The translations under genes and the position numbers were made by a program. Source: a virus (taxonomy: Duplodnaviria; Caudoviricetes). Taken from it: 64,000 nucleotides of DNA. The notes under the pieces are model-generated. The model searched no databases, was not told the DNA's origin, and saw nothing but the letters and a program-made list of their open reading frames with translations. The stretch covers positions 11,331 to 75,330 of the IMG/VR virus record IMGVR_UViG_3300011442_000009; one strand, written 5' to 3'. This document shows, piece after piece, positions 45,185 through 54,371 of the stretch (positions are counted from its first letter, which is position 1; each line of letters begins with the position of its first letter).

Positions 45185-45371
45185 TTTTCTTGATGAGGTG
45201 GCGAATGGTGAGGATGCCAATCGCAATTTGGATTAGGGTTAGGGTGAAGCTCAAAAAAGGTCCTAGATTCTGCATGACCGCTTGGACTCCCGCGAGCGAA
45301 ATGTTCACTCCGAGGAATCCAAAAAGTTTGCGTTCGTGTTCTATCACAAAAGAAATATCTTGTACTTGCAT
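44943..45371 (-). CDS. Putative holin
   Basis: One or two hydrophobic segments and a very basic C-terminus; adjacent to and overlapping the lipoprotein gene. Confidence 0.45.
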   Translation of the reverse strand: MQVQDISFVIEHERKLFGFLGVNISLAGVQAVMQNLGPFLSFTLTLIQIAIGILTIRHLIKKNEKNILSFIARRLGLSYRLRDTNTQEGGTLSGQGEKVPRGDAGGEGDTKAGRAARKRKGERDASRRRRRKGEPVRHFPRY

Positions 45372-45377
45372 TGGGGG

Positions 45378-45698
45378 TTATATGGCCTCGAGCCACTTTC
45401 GCAAAAGGTCATTGAATGTGTCGGCCGGTTTGGGGGTGCCCCCCGTGAGTACGACAATTTTTCTCACGATTGTGTATATCAAGTCTCCCGGCGAAAAGGT
45501 CCCGCCGTACGTTACCAAAATCTTTCGGAGGATGTTGCTTCGAAGATCTCCCGGGGAAAAAGTGCCGCCCCGGGCAACCAGAATTTTTCGAAGTAAGACG
45601 TTCTCCAGATCGCCCGGTGAGAAGGTCCCGCCATAGACGGCAAGAATTTTCCTCATGACGGTCGAGTCAAGGTCGGCCTGTCTGTAGGTTGTAGCCAT
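45378..45698 (-). CDS. Tandem-repeat protein (21-aa unit GGTFSPGDLxxxxLRKILxxx, about 4.5 copies); putative capsid decoration
   Basis: The repeat is visible in protein and DNA; directly downstream of the capsid gene. Confidence 0.75.
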   Translation of the reverse strand: MATTYRQADLDSTVMRKILAVYGGTFSPGDLENVLLRKILVARGGTFSPGDLRSNILRKILVTYGGTFSPGDLIYTIVRKIVVLTGGTPKPADTFNDLLRKWLEAI

Positions 45699-45705
45699 GG
45701 TTTTT

Positions 45706-45749
45706 TAAAGAGAATGGGGGCTGTCGGCTGTTAGGCCGGACAGCCCCCA
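45706..45749 (-). terminator. Probable terminator after the major capsid gene
   Basis: 11-bp stem tgggggctgtc/gacagccccca followed by ttctcttt on the minus strand. Confidence 0.55.
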
Positions 45750-45802
45750 AGGGTTTCCCTACCCCGATGACCCGAGCGAGTCACCGAAAGGGTGTGATTT
45801 GA

Positions 45803-47119
45803 TTACAGCGTCGGATAACCGGGTCCGATCACAGGAGTCTCGTCGTCACCGCAAACACCAATGTTGGTGAAGCTGTCCGCACCACTGTAGGAGCTGGAGT
45901 TGGACGACGCGCAGGCGATCAAGCCGAGATCAGCTTGGCAGCGCTTGTAGAGGATCGGGATGATCCATTGAGGGCGCAGCGGGCGATAGGCCCGGGTGAT
46001 CTGGTACTGGTGCCAGCCGAAGTCGCCGCGGCTATTGCACTCGTTGTCGATGACATAGTGCCATTCGAGCTCACCCATGTGCAACTGCGGGGAGAACTTG
46101 AAGCTGCCTTCGCCGACATACTTCTCGGGCACGAGGCGCTCGAAGCTTCCGTCGGCAATCAGCACGCCGACTTCGTAGTCAGCGGCCAGCCAAGCGGGAT
46201 TCGGTTTCGCAAAGGCCACGCCCCGGGAAGGGTTCGCGACGATCACGACTGGGTCAACCAGTGCGAGGGTGCCGTCTTCGTTGAAGCCAGTGGCCCGGAG
46301 GGGACGCTGATCAACACCGAAGGCAATACCACGGTAAGCCGGGCTCTGCTCGAAGGAGTAGGCCGTCAAGGTCTGCTCGCCGAGTTTGTACCCGCCAGTG
46401 GTCAAGGCAACCATGACGTTCTGCACGCCGACTTCCGAGCGAAAATACTCGATCTGGTCGGTGCCGCCGATGAAGCGGAAGTGAGGCATTCCCTCGCTCT
46501 GGCTGTACCACTCGCCGAAGAGCACCTCTTTGAGGTACCGGGCAATGTAGTGCAGCGCCTTGAAGGTCATCGGACCCGTAGGCAACAGCGGGGCGAACTT
46601 CACGCCGAGATCTGTTTCCAGACCGCCGGTGAAAAGCGAATTGAAATCGTAGTTCGCGTTGGCCGTGAACTTCGAAGCGGATCGCAGGTACAGCTGGGCG
46701 CGGATGTCCGCGTTGATGTACTGGGTGACCAGTTTCTTCATGGAGTCTTCCGCCGTGCCGTACGAGCTCTTAAACGCGGCGTACCCCTGCTTGACGCAGA
46801 TGTTCGGGCCGCGGCCACGGAAGCTCTCGAGGCGGAGCGTGAATTCGACAGTGTCAGTCAGATCCTGATTACCAGTCTGGCCGCAAATGTCGGTATCGCA
46901 CACGAAGTTGGGGATCGCCAGTGAATCACCGGGAGCCGCCTGCATCTGGACGATGCTTCGAATGGCGTCAGACGTGCCGGACGGGAAGGTCCCGCCGCCG
47001 ATGACGTTCATGTATACGCTGTTTGCAGCGACCGCCTTGGCCACTTGACCAACAATTCTGTTGGTGTCCTTACTGGCTATGTCGCTGATATCAGAGGGGT
47101 TATCGCAAAAAAATGCCAT
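45803..47119 (-). CDS. Major capsid protein (438 aa)
   Basis: Size, position after portal and scaffold, own promoter and terminator, strongly biased GC3 codon usage; fold not verified. Confidence 0.7.
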   Translation of the reverse strand: MAFFCDNPSDISDIASKDTNRIVGQVAKAVAANSVYMNVIGGGTFPSGTSDAIRSIVQMQAAPGDSLAIPNFVCDTDICGQTGNQDLTDTVEFTLRLESFRGRGPNICVKQGYAAFKSSYGTAEDSMKKLVTQYINADIRAQLYLRSASKFTANANYDFNSLFTGGLETDLGVKFAPLLPTGPMTFKALHYIARYLKEVLFGEWYSQSEGMPHFRFIGGTDQIEYFRSEVGVQNVMVALTTGGYKLGEQTLTAYSFEQSPAYRGIAFGVDQRPLRATGFNEDGTLALVDPVVIVANPSRGVAFAKPNPAWLAADYEVGVLIADGSFERLVPEKYVGEGSFKFSPQLHMGELEWHYVIDNECNSRGDFGWHQYQITRAYRPLRPQWIIPILYKRCQADLGLIACASSNSSSYSGADSFTNIGVCGDDETPVIGPGYPTL

Positions 47120-47287
47120 AAACGTGATGTGGTTAAACTACGGGTGACTACATAAATCCGGGTCACTTGTCCGGGCACAGAAAGTTTTCCCCTGTGCGGG
47201 AGTTATGTTTGTCGCCGTAGGCCAAACAGCGGAGAGCTCAGGCCGTTCTCGGTGAAGTCAAACCGAGCATCTTTTAGACTTCAGAAG

Positions 47288-47316
47288 AGAGTCGAAGGGA
47301 ATCGAAAAAAGCGCAA
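47288..47316 (-). promoter_or_regulatory. Putative late promoter TTGCGC-N16-CGACTCT for the capsid gene
   Basis: Consensus spacing; about 170-nt structured leader follows. Confidence 0.6.
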
Positions 47317-47323
47317 GTGCGTT

Positions 47324-47827
47324 TTAGTGGGTTTGGAGATAGATAGCTGCTTTCTGAAGAATTTCGGGCTGATCTTTCGCGTATCCCAAAAGCGTATTGC
47401 AGTCTTTGCACAAGAGTCCGCGCACGCGGTCGGTGCTGTGGCAATGATCGACGTGGAGTCTGCGGCCTTTTGAATCTGCGTTCTCTGCGCCGCAAATCGC
47501 GCATCCGCTGTTCTGGTTTTTCAAAAGAACTTCATACTCCTCGAGTGTGATCCCGTACGCGCGGCGCAAAACTGCTGACTTGTGTTTCCGGGGGTGCGCT
47601 TTGTTCCACGCTCTGCGCGTCGCGGCATGCTGCTCCGGGTGCTTCTTCGCCCATTCGCGGGCTTGTCTCGCGTCTTCTCCCGGGTGGGCGAGTCTCCATA
47701 CGTCTTTCGCCGCGCATTCACATACACGACAGCTATGACGAAACCCGGGCGCGTGTCCGTGCGGCCGAAAGTTTTGAGCGTTCAGTTCTTTTTCGGTCCC
47801 GCACTTTTTGCAAACCCGAATACTCAT
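47324..47827 (-). CDS. Endonuclease VII-like homing endonuclease
   Basis: YGITLEEY...QxxxCAIC...VDHCH...VRGLLCxxCNxxLG. Confidence 0.9.
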   Translation of the reverse strand: MSIRVCKKCGTEKELNAQNFRPHGHAPGFRHSCRVCECAAKDVWRLAHPGEDARQAREWAKKHPEQHAATRRAWNKAHPRKHKSAVLRRAYGITLEEYEVLLKNQNSGCAICGAENADSKGRRLHVDHCHSTDRVRGLLCKDCNTLLGYAKDQPEILQKAAIYLQTH

Positions 47828-48552
47828 CGAGGATGCGTCTGGTTATATCGGAGCCGGGCGTTCGCCATCTGAAGAACTACCCCGCGATCCTTGATCGCAT
47901 GAAGCATGATCCCACCGGCGTTCGTAATCCGATCCAGCATGTGCGCTACCCCGGGCGCGTCGTTACGCGTAGGGCAGCTAACTCCTCCCGGAAAAGTTTT
48001 GTGGGGTTCCTTGGCTTCCGCGGTGAGGCGCATTAAATAGTGGTCAATAAATTGTAGTTTCATATCCTCGAACGGGAGCCGGGCGCAGGCGTCGAAGTGG
48101 GCCTGAAGGCTCCGGCGCGAACAGAAGTACGGAGGTTGCGCCGCGTATCGGGGGAAAGAATACCCCTCGGGCATCGTGTGCATGTGATCAGAAGCTTCGT
48201 TCGACCAAAACACATCTTCGTCATAGAGGTACCTCGGCAACTGCGGCGAAAGGCAGACCGAGTCCGAGTCGTTCATGAGAATGTGTTTAAACGAGAATTC
48301 GAGCATCACCCTCATGTGCTGTTTCTGCCGTTCAAGTGACGCAGGGCCAATATACGCCCGCTCTCCCGCAGTCCGGAAAATTAACTGCTTGCTGGTTGAT
48401 CCGAGAGCTTGGGGAGTTATAGGTGCATCGTTGGGGGAGAGTATCAGCACCGGGCACTGATGGTGCAGATAGTACGGCAACAAGTTTTTGATTTGGTGAG
48501 CGTCTCCGGCGTATCCGCAGACGGCAACGAGCGTGTCAGGATTCAGGGGCAT
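47824..48552 (-). CDS. Putative GT-A glycosyltransferase (242 aa)
   Basis: ILMNDSD (DxD) and C-terminal MLHAIKD; paralogous pattern with 50407..51144; adjacent to gmd. Confidence 0.55.
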   Translation of the reverse strand: MPLNPDTLVAVCGYAGDAHQIKNLLPYYLHHQCPVLILSPNDAPITPQALGSTSKQLIFRTAGERAYIGPASLERQKQHMRVMLEFSFKHILMNDSDSVCLSPQLPRYLYDEDVFWSNEASDHMHTMPEGYSFPRYAAQPPYFCSRRSLQAHFDACARLPFEDMKLQFIDHYLMRLTAEAKEPHKTFPGGVSCPTRNDAPGVAHMLDRITNAGGIMLHAIKDRGVVLQMANARLRYNQTHPR

Positions 48553-49502
48553 AGCTGTAGTTCTTTCAAGACCATTTCACGGACAAGATCTCCGAAGCAG
48601 ACGGTCGGCTGCCATTTCAAAACCCGCTTAGCTTTCGATGGGTCTCCCAAGAGGACGTCCACTTCGGCCGGGCGAAAATACTTTGGATCCGTGGTGACAT
48701 ATTCCTGCCAATCGAGATCGACGTAATCGAAAGCGATCTCGCAAAATTCGCGCACGGAATATGTCTCCCCCGTGGCAATGACGTAGTCATCCGGTTTGTC
48801 CTGCTGGAGCATCAGCCACATCGCGTGCACGAAATCTTTAGCGTGCCCCCAATCGCGCTTGGCGTCGAGGTTTCCTAGCACGAGGTTCTTTTGTCGGCCC
48901 CGCTTTATGCGCGCCACGGCCTTCGCGATTTTGCGAGTGACAAACGTCTCGCCACGGCGCGGGGATTCATGGTTAAAAAGTATTCCGTTGCTGGTGTGGA
49001 GACCGTAAGATTCCCGATAATTCTTGGTAATCCAGTAAGAGTAAACTTTGGCGCACCCGTAAGGACTGCGCGGATAAAAGGGAGTGTTTTCATGTTGGGG
49101 AGGGGGACTCGCCCCGAACATCTCGGAGCTGCTGGCTTGGTAAAATCGGGGATAGCAACCGCCAAGGCTGCGAATCGCCTCGAGGATACGGATCGTTCCC
49201 AGACCCGTCGCGTCACCGGTATACTCCGGCACATCGAAGCTCACCTTCACGTGGCTCTGCGCCGCGAGATTATATATCTCGTGCGGAGTCGTGTCGTGAA
49301 TCACGCGAGTCATGGCGGACCCGTCGGAGAGATCTCCATAGTGGATGTTTAAACGATCAAATATATGATCGATCCTGCCGGTGCTGAAACTGCTCGACCG
49401 GCGCATGATTCCATGCACCTCGTAGCCGTAGCTGAGCAATTCCTCAGCGAGGTAGCTTCCGTCTTGGCCGGTTATCCCGGTTATTAGTGCTCGTTTCGGC
49501 AT
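48543..49502 (-). CDS. gmd: GDP-mannose 4,6-dehydratase
   Basis: [61 protein letters not shown]. Confidence 0.97.
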   Translation of the reverse strand: MPKRALITGITGQDGSYLAEELLSYGYEVHGIMRRSSSFSTGRIDHIFDRLNIHYGDLSDGSAMTRVIHDTTPHEIYNLAAQSHVKVSFDVPEYTGDATGLGTIRILEAIRSLGGCYPRFYQASSSEMFGASPPPQHENTPFYPRSPYGCAKVYSYWITKNYRESYGLHTSNGILFNHESPRRGETFVTRKIAKAVARIKRGRQKNLVLGNLDAKRDWGHAKDFVHAMWLMLQQDKPDDYVIATGETYSVREFCEIAFDYVDLDWQEYVTTDPKYFRPAEVDVLLGDPSKAKRVLKWQPTVCFGDLVREMVLKELQLCP

Positions 49503-50410
49503 AAGAAGTCTTGATAGGCTAGTTTGATTCCGTCTTTGATGTTAGTTCTGGGTTTCCATCCCAGTTCGAAAATCTTGTGGCTGTTAAGTAACCGGCGGGG
49601 AGTGCCGTCCGGTTTGCTTTTATCCCAGTGAATGTTCCCGGTAAATCCGGTGGCTTCCGCTACTAGACCGGCCAGCGTGCCGAGCATCAGCTCTTCGCCA
49701 CTCCCGATATTTGTAAGATCGTCCGCCTTGCCCGCCACGAGAAGTTTTATCGCAGCCTCCGCGAGATCGTCCGCGAACAAAAATTCTCGGGTCGGCGTGC
49801 CGCTTCCCCACAGAATCACGTCGTTTGCCTTGGCTTTCACGGCCTCGTGGAACTTCCGGACCATGCCCGGCAAAACATGCGAGTGCTCCGGGTGATAGTT
49901 GTCCCCAATCCCGTAGAGATTCGTAGGCATGCACGAAATGAAATGGCGTTTGTGCTGCTCCCTAATTGCTTGGCACATTTCGATGCCCGCGATCTTCGCC
50001 ACTGCGTAGGCCCGGTTCGTTTCCTCGAGCGGGCCGCACATAAGCTGATTCTCCTGAATGGGGACCTGCGCGTGCTTCGGGTAGGCACAGGCGCTACCGA
50101 AAAACAGAAACCTAGAGACCCCGCAACCTAGAGCTGCCTCCATGGTGTTGGTCTGTATTCTAAGATTGTCCCGAATAAAATCCGCTCCCAGCCTGCTGTG
50201 CGCCATGATGCCCCCGACCTTGGCCGCGGCGTGGAAAACCACGTCCGGTTGGTAAGCTAGAAAATATTCCCAAGTACGGTCCCAGTCGGTCAGATTGAGG
50301 ACTCTCGAAGAGGGCGACAGAATTTCATCAGCGCCGTATCCCAAAACTTTGAGTTGTCGAATCAACGCTTGGCCAACGAGGCCGTGCCCGCCAGTGACTA
50401 GAATTCTCAT
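49484..50410 (-). CDS. fcl: GDP-L-fucose synthase (epimerase/reductase)
   Basis: TGGx[54 protein letters not shown]. Confidence 0.96.
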   Translation of the reverse strand: MRILVTGGHGLVGQALIRQLKVLGYGADEILSPSSRVLNLTDWDRTWEYFLAYQPDVVFHAAAKVGGIMAHSRLGADFIRDNLRIQTNTMEAALGCGVSRFLFFGSACAYPKHAQVPIQENQLMCGPLEETNRAYAVAKIAGIEMCQAIREQHKRHFISCMPTNLYGIGDNYHPEHSHVLPGMVRKFHEAVKAKANDVILWGSGTPTREFLFADDLAEAAIKLLVAGKADDLTNIGSGEELMLGTLAGLVAEATGFTGNIHWDKSKPDGTPRRLLNSHKIFELGWKPRTNIKDGIKLAYQDFLCRNEH

Positions 50411-51144
50411 ATCTTTTCACCTAGAAGGTGACGCCGACCCAGCTCGATTAGCGAAAGGTCCTTGACCCCGTGGATCCAGATTAACTGACCGCGTTGGGCC
50501 TCGTGGAACTTCTCCAGCGTGTAGCCTCTAGTTGCATACCACGATACAATACCGGGGATGTTTGCCCAACCTCTTTTTTTAAACTGGGGAGAGAGCGCGT
50601 AGTCCCAGCCCACATTAGCTTTCAGGCCGTCCGCGGTCCTGAGCACCCACTTCAGCATGGTTGCTTCTCCGTTGACGAGAAGGTTGCCGTTCATGTGCTC
50701 CGCCGGGATGTACACTACCGGGCCAGCGACGCAGACCGGTTTCGGTTTGTTCGCGTAATCCCACGCCTGAGACATACGAAGGATCCAGTCAGGGAAAACC
50801 GGACACCCGTCAGACTCGCAGGTGAAAATTGCCTTGTACCGCGGGATCCTGCGTGCGGCACTCATCGACTCCGCCCACCGAATTGTATTTATCCAAAGAG
50901 AATTGCAACCGGCGGGCCAGCCGGTGTTCCCCCGGGGCGCAGAGTACTGCCACAAGTTAAACTTGCGAGAGATCTGCAGGGCAATGGGGCCGGGCAACGA
51001 AAGGCAATCGTGCCGGTTTACCAACAGCACGTCCGCCAGATCCGAATGCCTCGGCTCGAGATCAGCGAGGTACCTTATGAGAGCCTCGGCCTGAGCCTTA
51101 TCGCCTTCCCAGTACTGAAGTGCGATCAGTATTTTATTGCTCAT
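50407..51144 (-). CDS. Putative GT-A glycosyltransferase (245 aa)
   Basis: IFTCESDG (ExD) and C-terminal IHGVKD; ATGA coupling; paralog pattern with 47824..48552. Confidence 0.55.
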   Translation of the reverse strand: MSNKILIALQYWEGDKAQAEALIRYLADLEPRHSDLADVLLVNRHDCLSLPGPIALQISRKFNLWQYSAPRGNTGWPAGCNSLWINTIRWAESMSAARRIPRYKAIFTCESDGCPVFPDWILRMSQAWDYANKPKPVCVAGPVVYIPAEHMNGNLLVNGEATMLKWVLRTADGLKANVGWDYALSPQFKKRGWANIPGIVSWYATRGYTLEKFHEAQRGQLIWIHGVKDLSLIELGRRHLLGEKI

Positions 51145-52067
51145 CGGCTGAGAACCCCTTGTGGCTTGGGTGTTGTATTCTTCGGGCCGTAAACGCAGTG
51201 GCCAATGTGTCCGCATATTAATCCTAAATCGACGTAAGGCGTGTGCCCGGCCGCTTTGGCCCGAAGACAAAAGCTTACGTCTTCACCGACACCAAGAGTG
51301 TTTTCTGCCTGAGCGAGTGCAATAGCCGATTCCAGACCGCGGAGCGCGTCGTACCCTTTCGCGGCCGTGATGGGTCCGTCGGCCAGCGCGTTCCGTACCC
51401 TCGCAACTTGATCAAGAAGGCTCGCCTCAGTCGAAGTGAACCAGTTTCCTCCAGCCTTGTTCGGGCCTTGTCGGGCGATACGCGGGAACACTTTTTCGAT
51501 GTCCTCGAAAACTGTGCGGTGAGTAAGAAGGCAGCCAGTTCCAACCCATCGAGTTTCCTGAATTTTGTCATAGGGACCTTTGCGGTAGTATTCAGCGACC
51601 TGCGGATTCGCGCTTCCCTCGTTGGTGACCGGGGGTCCGTACCGGTGACGCCCAAAATACAGTCCGCCGACGAGAGACTTTCCGTGGCTCATGAGCCGGT
51701 CGAGAGTGTTTAAACCCATAAACTGCTCCGGAAAATCGAAGTTCGTATGAGATCGATACCAGTCGGCATTCCCGAAGGGAAGCAGCATGTCGTCGTCGAC
51801 CCAAAGAGCATAATCGCACGGGGACTTTAAAAAGATTTCGGCGCAAGTGTTCCGCGTGTGTGAAATAAAGGCGTCGCCCCACGATAACAAACAGGATGTT
51901 CGCCGACGGTCTATCAATTGAGCGACACAGAAGGCCGTCATTGGCGACACGTTCTTGTGCCACGGCATGATAATCATAACCTTCTTCGAGACCATGGCAA
52001 CCGCCGCAGATTTATCCGCCAGGAGCCCGGGTCCTCCTCCTGTTTTATCTGAAAATCCTAACTCCAT
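51141..52067 (-). CDS. GT2-like glycosyltransferase (308 aa)
   Basis: RNxCA...DYALWVDDDM, VGTGCLL, GEDVSFCLRA...G, VDLGLICGHIG. Confidence 0.8.
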   Translation of the reverse strand: MELGFSDKTGGGPGLLADKSAAVAMVSKKVMIIMPWHKNVSPMTAFCVAQLIDRRRTSCLLSWGDAFISHTRNTCAEIFLKSPCDYALWVDDDMLLPFGNADWYRSHTNFDFPEQFMGLNTLDRLMSHGKSLVGGLYFGRHRYGPPVTNEGSANPQVAEYYRKGPYDKIQETRWVGTGCLLTHRTVFEDIEKVFPRIARQGPNKAGGNWFTSTEASLLDQVARVRNALADGPITAAKGYDALRGLESAIALAQAENTLGVGEDVSFCLRAKAAGHTPYVDLGLICGHIGHCVYGPKNTTPKPQGVLSR

Positions 52068-52609
52068 GCTTTTCCTTTTCGTAAATTCTCTTGTTTAAAC
52101 AACGGCTGCGTATTTGACCAATTGAAACACTGTCTCTGTTGGCCGGGATCTCTAAGATCGAAACTGGCGCAAGGGCGTTTGTGATCCACATGCCAAACTC
52201 GACCGTAGTTTTCCCAGCTCATCCCCGGTTTGAACTGCCCGGCTAGGTACTCTCGGTACTCTTCGATACCGCAGCCCAGCAGCTCTATAGAGCTGCCGTG
52301 TTTTACGCTATCTCGAAGCGCCGCCCGGACACGGCTCCTGAGAGTCCACATAAGTCGAAACCCACTGTCGGTTTTTAGCCGATTTTTAATATACCGTCGG
52401 TTTGAGGCTCGGTACTTGATCGCGTTCCGGTGATACCGGGCTAGGGACATCTTACGACTCCGGGCCACGTCAGAATAGTAGCTCTTTTCTTTGTGCCGCC
52501 TAGTTCTTTCCGGATTCTCTCGTCTCCGGTCGCGTTGCAGTTTCCACCTACGCCGCACCGCCAATAAGAGCGCGGCGCGGTGGAAATCGAATGTCAATTC
52601 TTGGCCCAC
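52058..52609 (-). CDS. HNH-like endonuclease
   Basis: LLGC...YLAGQFKPGMSWENYG.VWHVDH..PCASFD...CFNWSNTQPL...NLRK. Confidence 0.85.
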   Translation of the reverse strand: MGQELTFDFHRAALLLAVRRRWKLQRDRRRENPERTRRHKEKSYYSDVARSRKMSLARYHRNAIKYRASNRRYIKNRLKTDSGFRLMWTLRSRVRAALRDSVKHGSSIELLGCGIEEYREYLAGQFKPGMSWENYGRVWHVDHKRPCASFDLRDPGQQRQCFNWSNTQPLFKQENLRKGKAWS

Positions 52610-52651
52610 GCTAGAACCTTATCAGATCTTATGTGTTTTCCCAACTACTTT

Positions 52652-54004
52652 TTAAGTGGCGGCTCCGGTGCGGGCGCGCTCCTCCATGATTTGCTTCGCG
52701 ATGGAGTCCAGAGCGTCCTGTGACCGTACGTTGAGATCCTGCTTCGGCTTTTGCGGAGCCGGAGCGCCGGGTGCGGCAGAAGATTCAGGCAAACGGCTAC
52801 GGCCGGAGGCTTTGACCTTTTCCCACTTCGCGGCGACTTCGTCGTACGCCTTGGACTTGGCCTCGTGAGCCGCTTTCAACTTCTCATGCTCCCGCTGGAG
52901 GTTGAAAAGCTGGAGCACGCCGGTGATCAGCGTCGCGCGCATCCGCGGTGAGTCGTCCTGCAGCGCCGCTTGCATCTGGGCGCGTGTCTCAACCACGAAC
53001 TGGTTGTGCTCCTCGATCTCTTTCTTCGCGGCTTCGTCCGCCTTCGCGTCTGCGGTCTTCTCAGCGAACCAAGGCAGCGCCGTGGCGAACTGTGCGAGCT
53101 CCGCGGCAGTGGCCTTCTGGTGCCCGCCAATAGCCTCGGTCACGGCCTTCTCACGGTTCGCCAAATATTCGCCGACGTTTTTCTTCGCCTCGGTGATCGC
53201 CAGATCTTTCTCGTAGCGAACCTTGGCAACGTCCGCGATCTGAGACTCCACAATTCGCTGGAGAGTCGGATCTTTCATGGCCTCGAAGAGCGCCGAAAGA
53301 TTGCACTTGTCGGGACCACCGTACTCTTTGATCTGCTTGATCGTGTCCTCGGTGACAGCCGGGTTTTTCCGGAGCTGCGAGTAAATGAATTCGTGGGCCT
53401 TGCTGACCTTCGTGTCGAATTCCTTAAACTTCGGATCGAAGTCGATGTCCATCTTTGCGCGCCACGCACGAAGGTCTTCCAGTTCCTTCTCCTTTGCGAG
53501 TTGCTCCTCGGTGGGCTTGCCTGCCCGGCCGTTGAGCTCTTCAACCTGCTTCTTCGCGGCGTCCCGCTCCTGCTGCAGCCGGGTGATTTCCTGAGCGGCC
53601 TTGATCTTCACGGCCGAAAAAGCCTCTGAAGATTTCGGACTCGCGTTAGGCGGGAGCGTCGGAGTCTCTTTGAAAAACTCGTCCGCTTTTTTCAACTCCT
53701 CGGCCTTGGCGACGCGTTCGGCTTCCGCTTTGTCGGCGGCTTCCTTCGCGGCCTTGTCGGCGTCCGGCGCTGGTGTGCTATCGTCCTCTTTGGGCTCGAT
53801 CACAACCGGTGGCGCTTCCGCGGCGGCTTTGGCTTTTTCTTCGTTCTCCTTGGACTTCGCAGCGGCGAGTGCGTCAAGGGACTCAATCGCGAGAGGGTCC
53901 GCCACGGGGGCGAGACTCTGCTCACGAAGCAGCCCAGCGGCCGCTTTGTCATTATTGGTTTTGGTGTCGAATTGCGCTAGCGCTTCTTCTTGGGTCTTAG
54001 GCAT
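52652..54004 (-). CDS. Putative capsid scaffolding protein (450 aa)
   Basis: Charged, Ala-rich coiled coil between the portal and capsid genes. Confidence 0.55.
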   Translation of the reverse strand: MPKTQEEALAQFDTKTNNDKAAAGLLREQSLAPVADPLAIESLDALAAAKSKENEEKAKAAAEAPPVVIEPKEDDSTPAPDADKAAKEAADKAEAERVAKAEELKKADEFFKETPTLPPNASPKSSEAFSAVKIKAAQEITRLQQERDAAKKQVEELNGRAGKPTEEQLAKEKELEDLRAWRAKMDIDFDPKFKEFDTKVSKAHEFIYSQLRKNPAVTEDTIKQIKEYGGPDKCNLSALFEAMKDPTLQRIVESQIADVAKVRYEKDLAITEAKKNVGEYLANREKAVTEAIGGHQKATAAELAQFATALPWFAEKTADAKADEAAKKEIEEHNQFVVETRAQMQAALQDDSPRMRATLITGVLQLFNLQREHEKLKAAHEAKSKAYDEVAAKWEKVKASGRSRLPESSAAPGAPAPQKPKQDLNVRSQDALDSIAKQIMEERARTGAAT

Positions 54005-54007
54005 AGG

Positions 54008-54352
54008 TTATAACTGTTCAGGTGTTCTCGGGGCGGGGTCTTCTACGGGCGTGAGTTTCTGACCGTCATTCCACTTGGAATCGTCCTCAAGAGGAGGATA
54101 CGACGACGCCACTTCCGTGACGTTTCCGGGCGTGGAATGGGACATTGCCAGAAGCTGCGAAACGGCGAGTTGCAATCCTCTGTGTTCGCCGGAGCGAATC
54201 AGAATCGCGTTGGTGTCGCCAGAAGCTAGGAGGCCGGGAACCGACTCCAGAAGCTTCGGAATTAACCGCCGCCCTGTGTCTGTCTCGAGGAATTTCCCCC
54301 ATCGCTCTTCGTCAATTGGGGACCAGTCTAATGGTCCGGCTATAATTTCCAT
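54008..54352 (-). CDS. Hypothetical head-module protein (114 aa)
   Basis: Packed ORF after the portal gene. Confidence 0.6.
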   Translation of the reverse strand: MEIIAGPLDWSPIDEERWGKFLETDTGRRLIPKLLESVPGLLASGDTNAILIRSGEHRGLQLAVSQLLAMSHSTPGNVTEVASSYPPLEDDSKWNDGQKLTPVEDPAPRTPEQL

Positions 54353-54371
54353 GGTTCATCGGGTTAGGGAT

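Noticed and set aside
45378-45698. Regularly spaced ~63-bp repeats resembling a CRISPR array
   Set aside because: The repeats are in-frame codons of a 21-aa protein repeat with no unique spacers, and no cas operon is present. The Cas4-like gene is a typical phage replication exonuclease.
47824-52067. Glycosyltransferases as DNA hypermodification enzymes
   Set aside because: Not excluded but disfavoured: no hydroxymethylase, TET/JBP or kinase partner was recognised, and the island is in the late head module.
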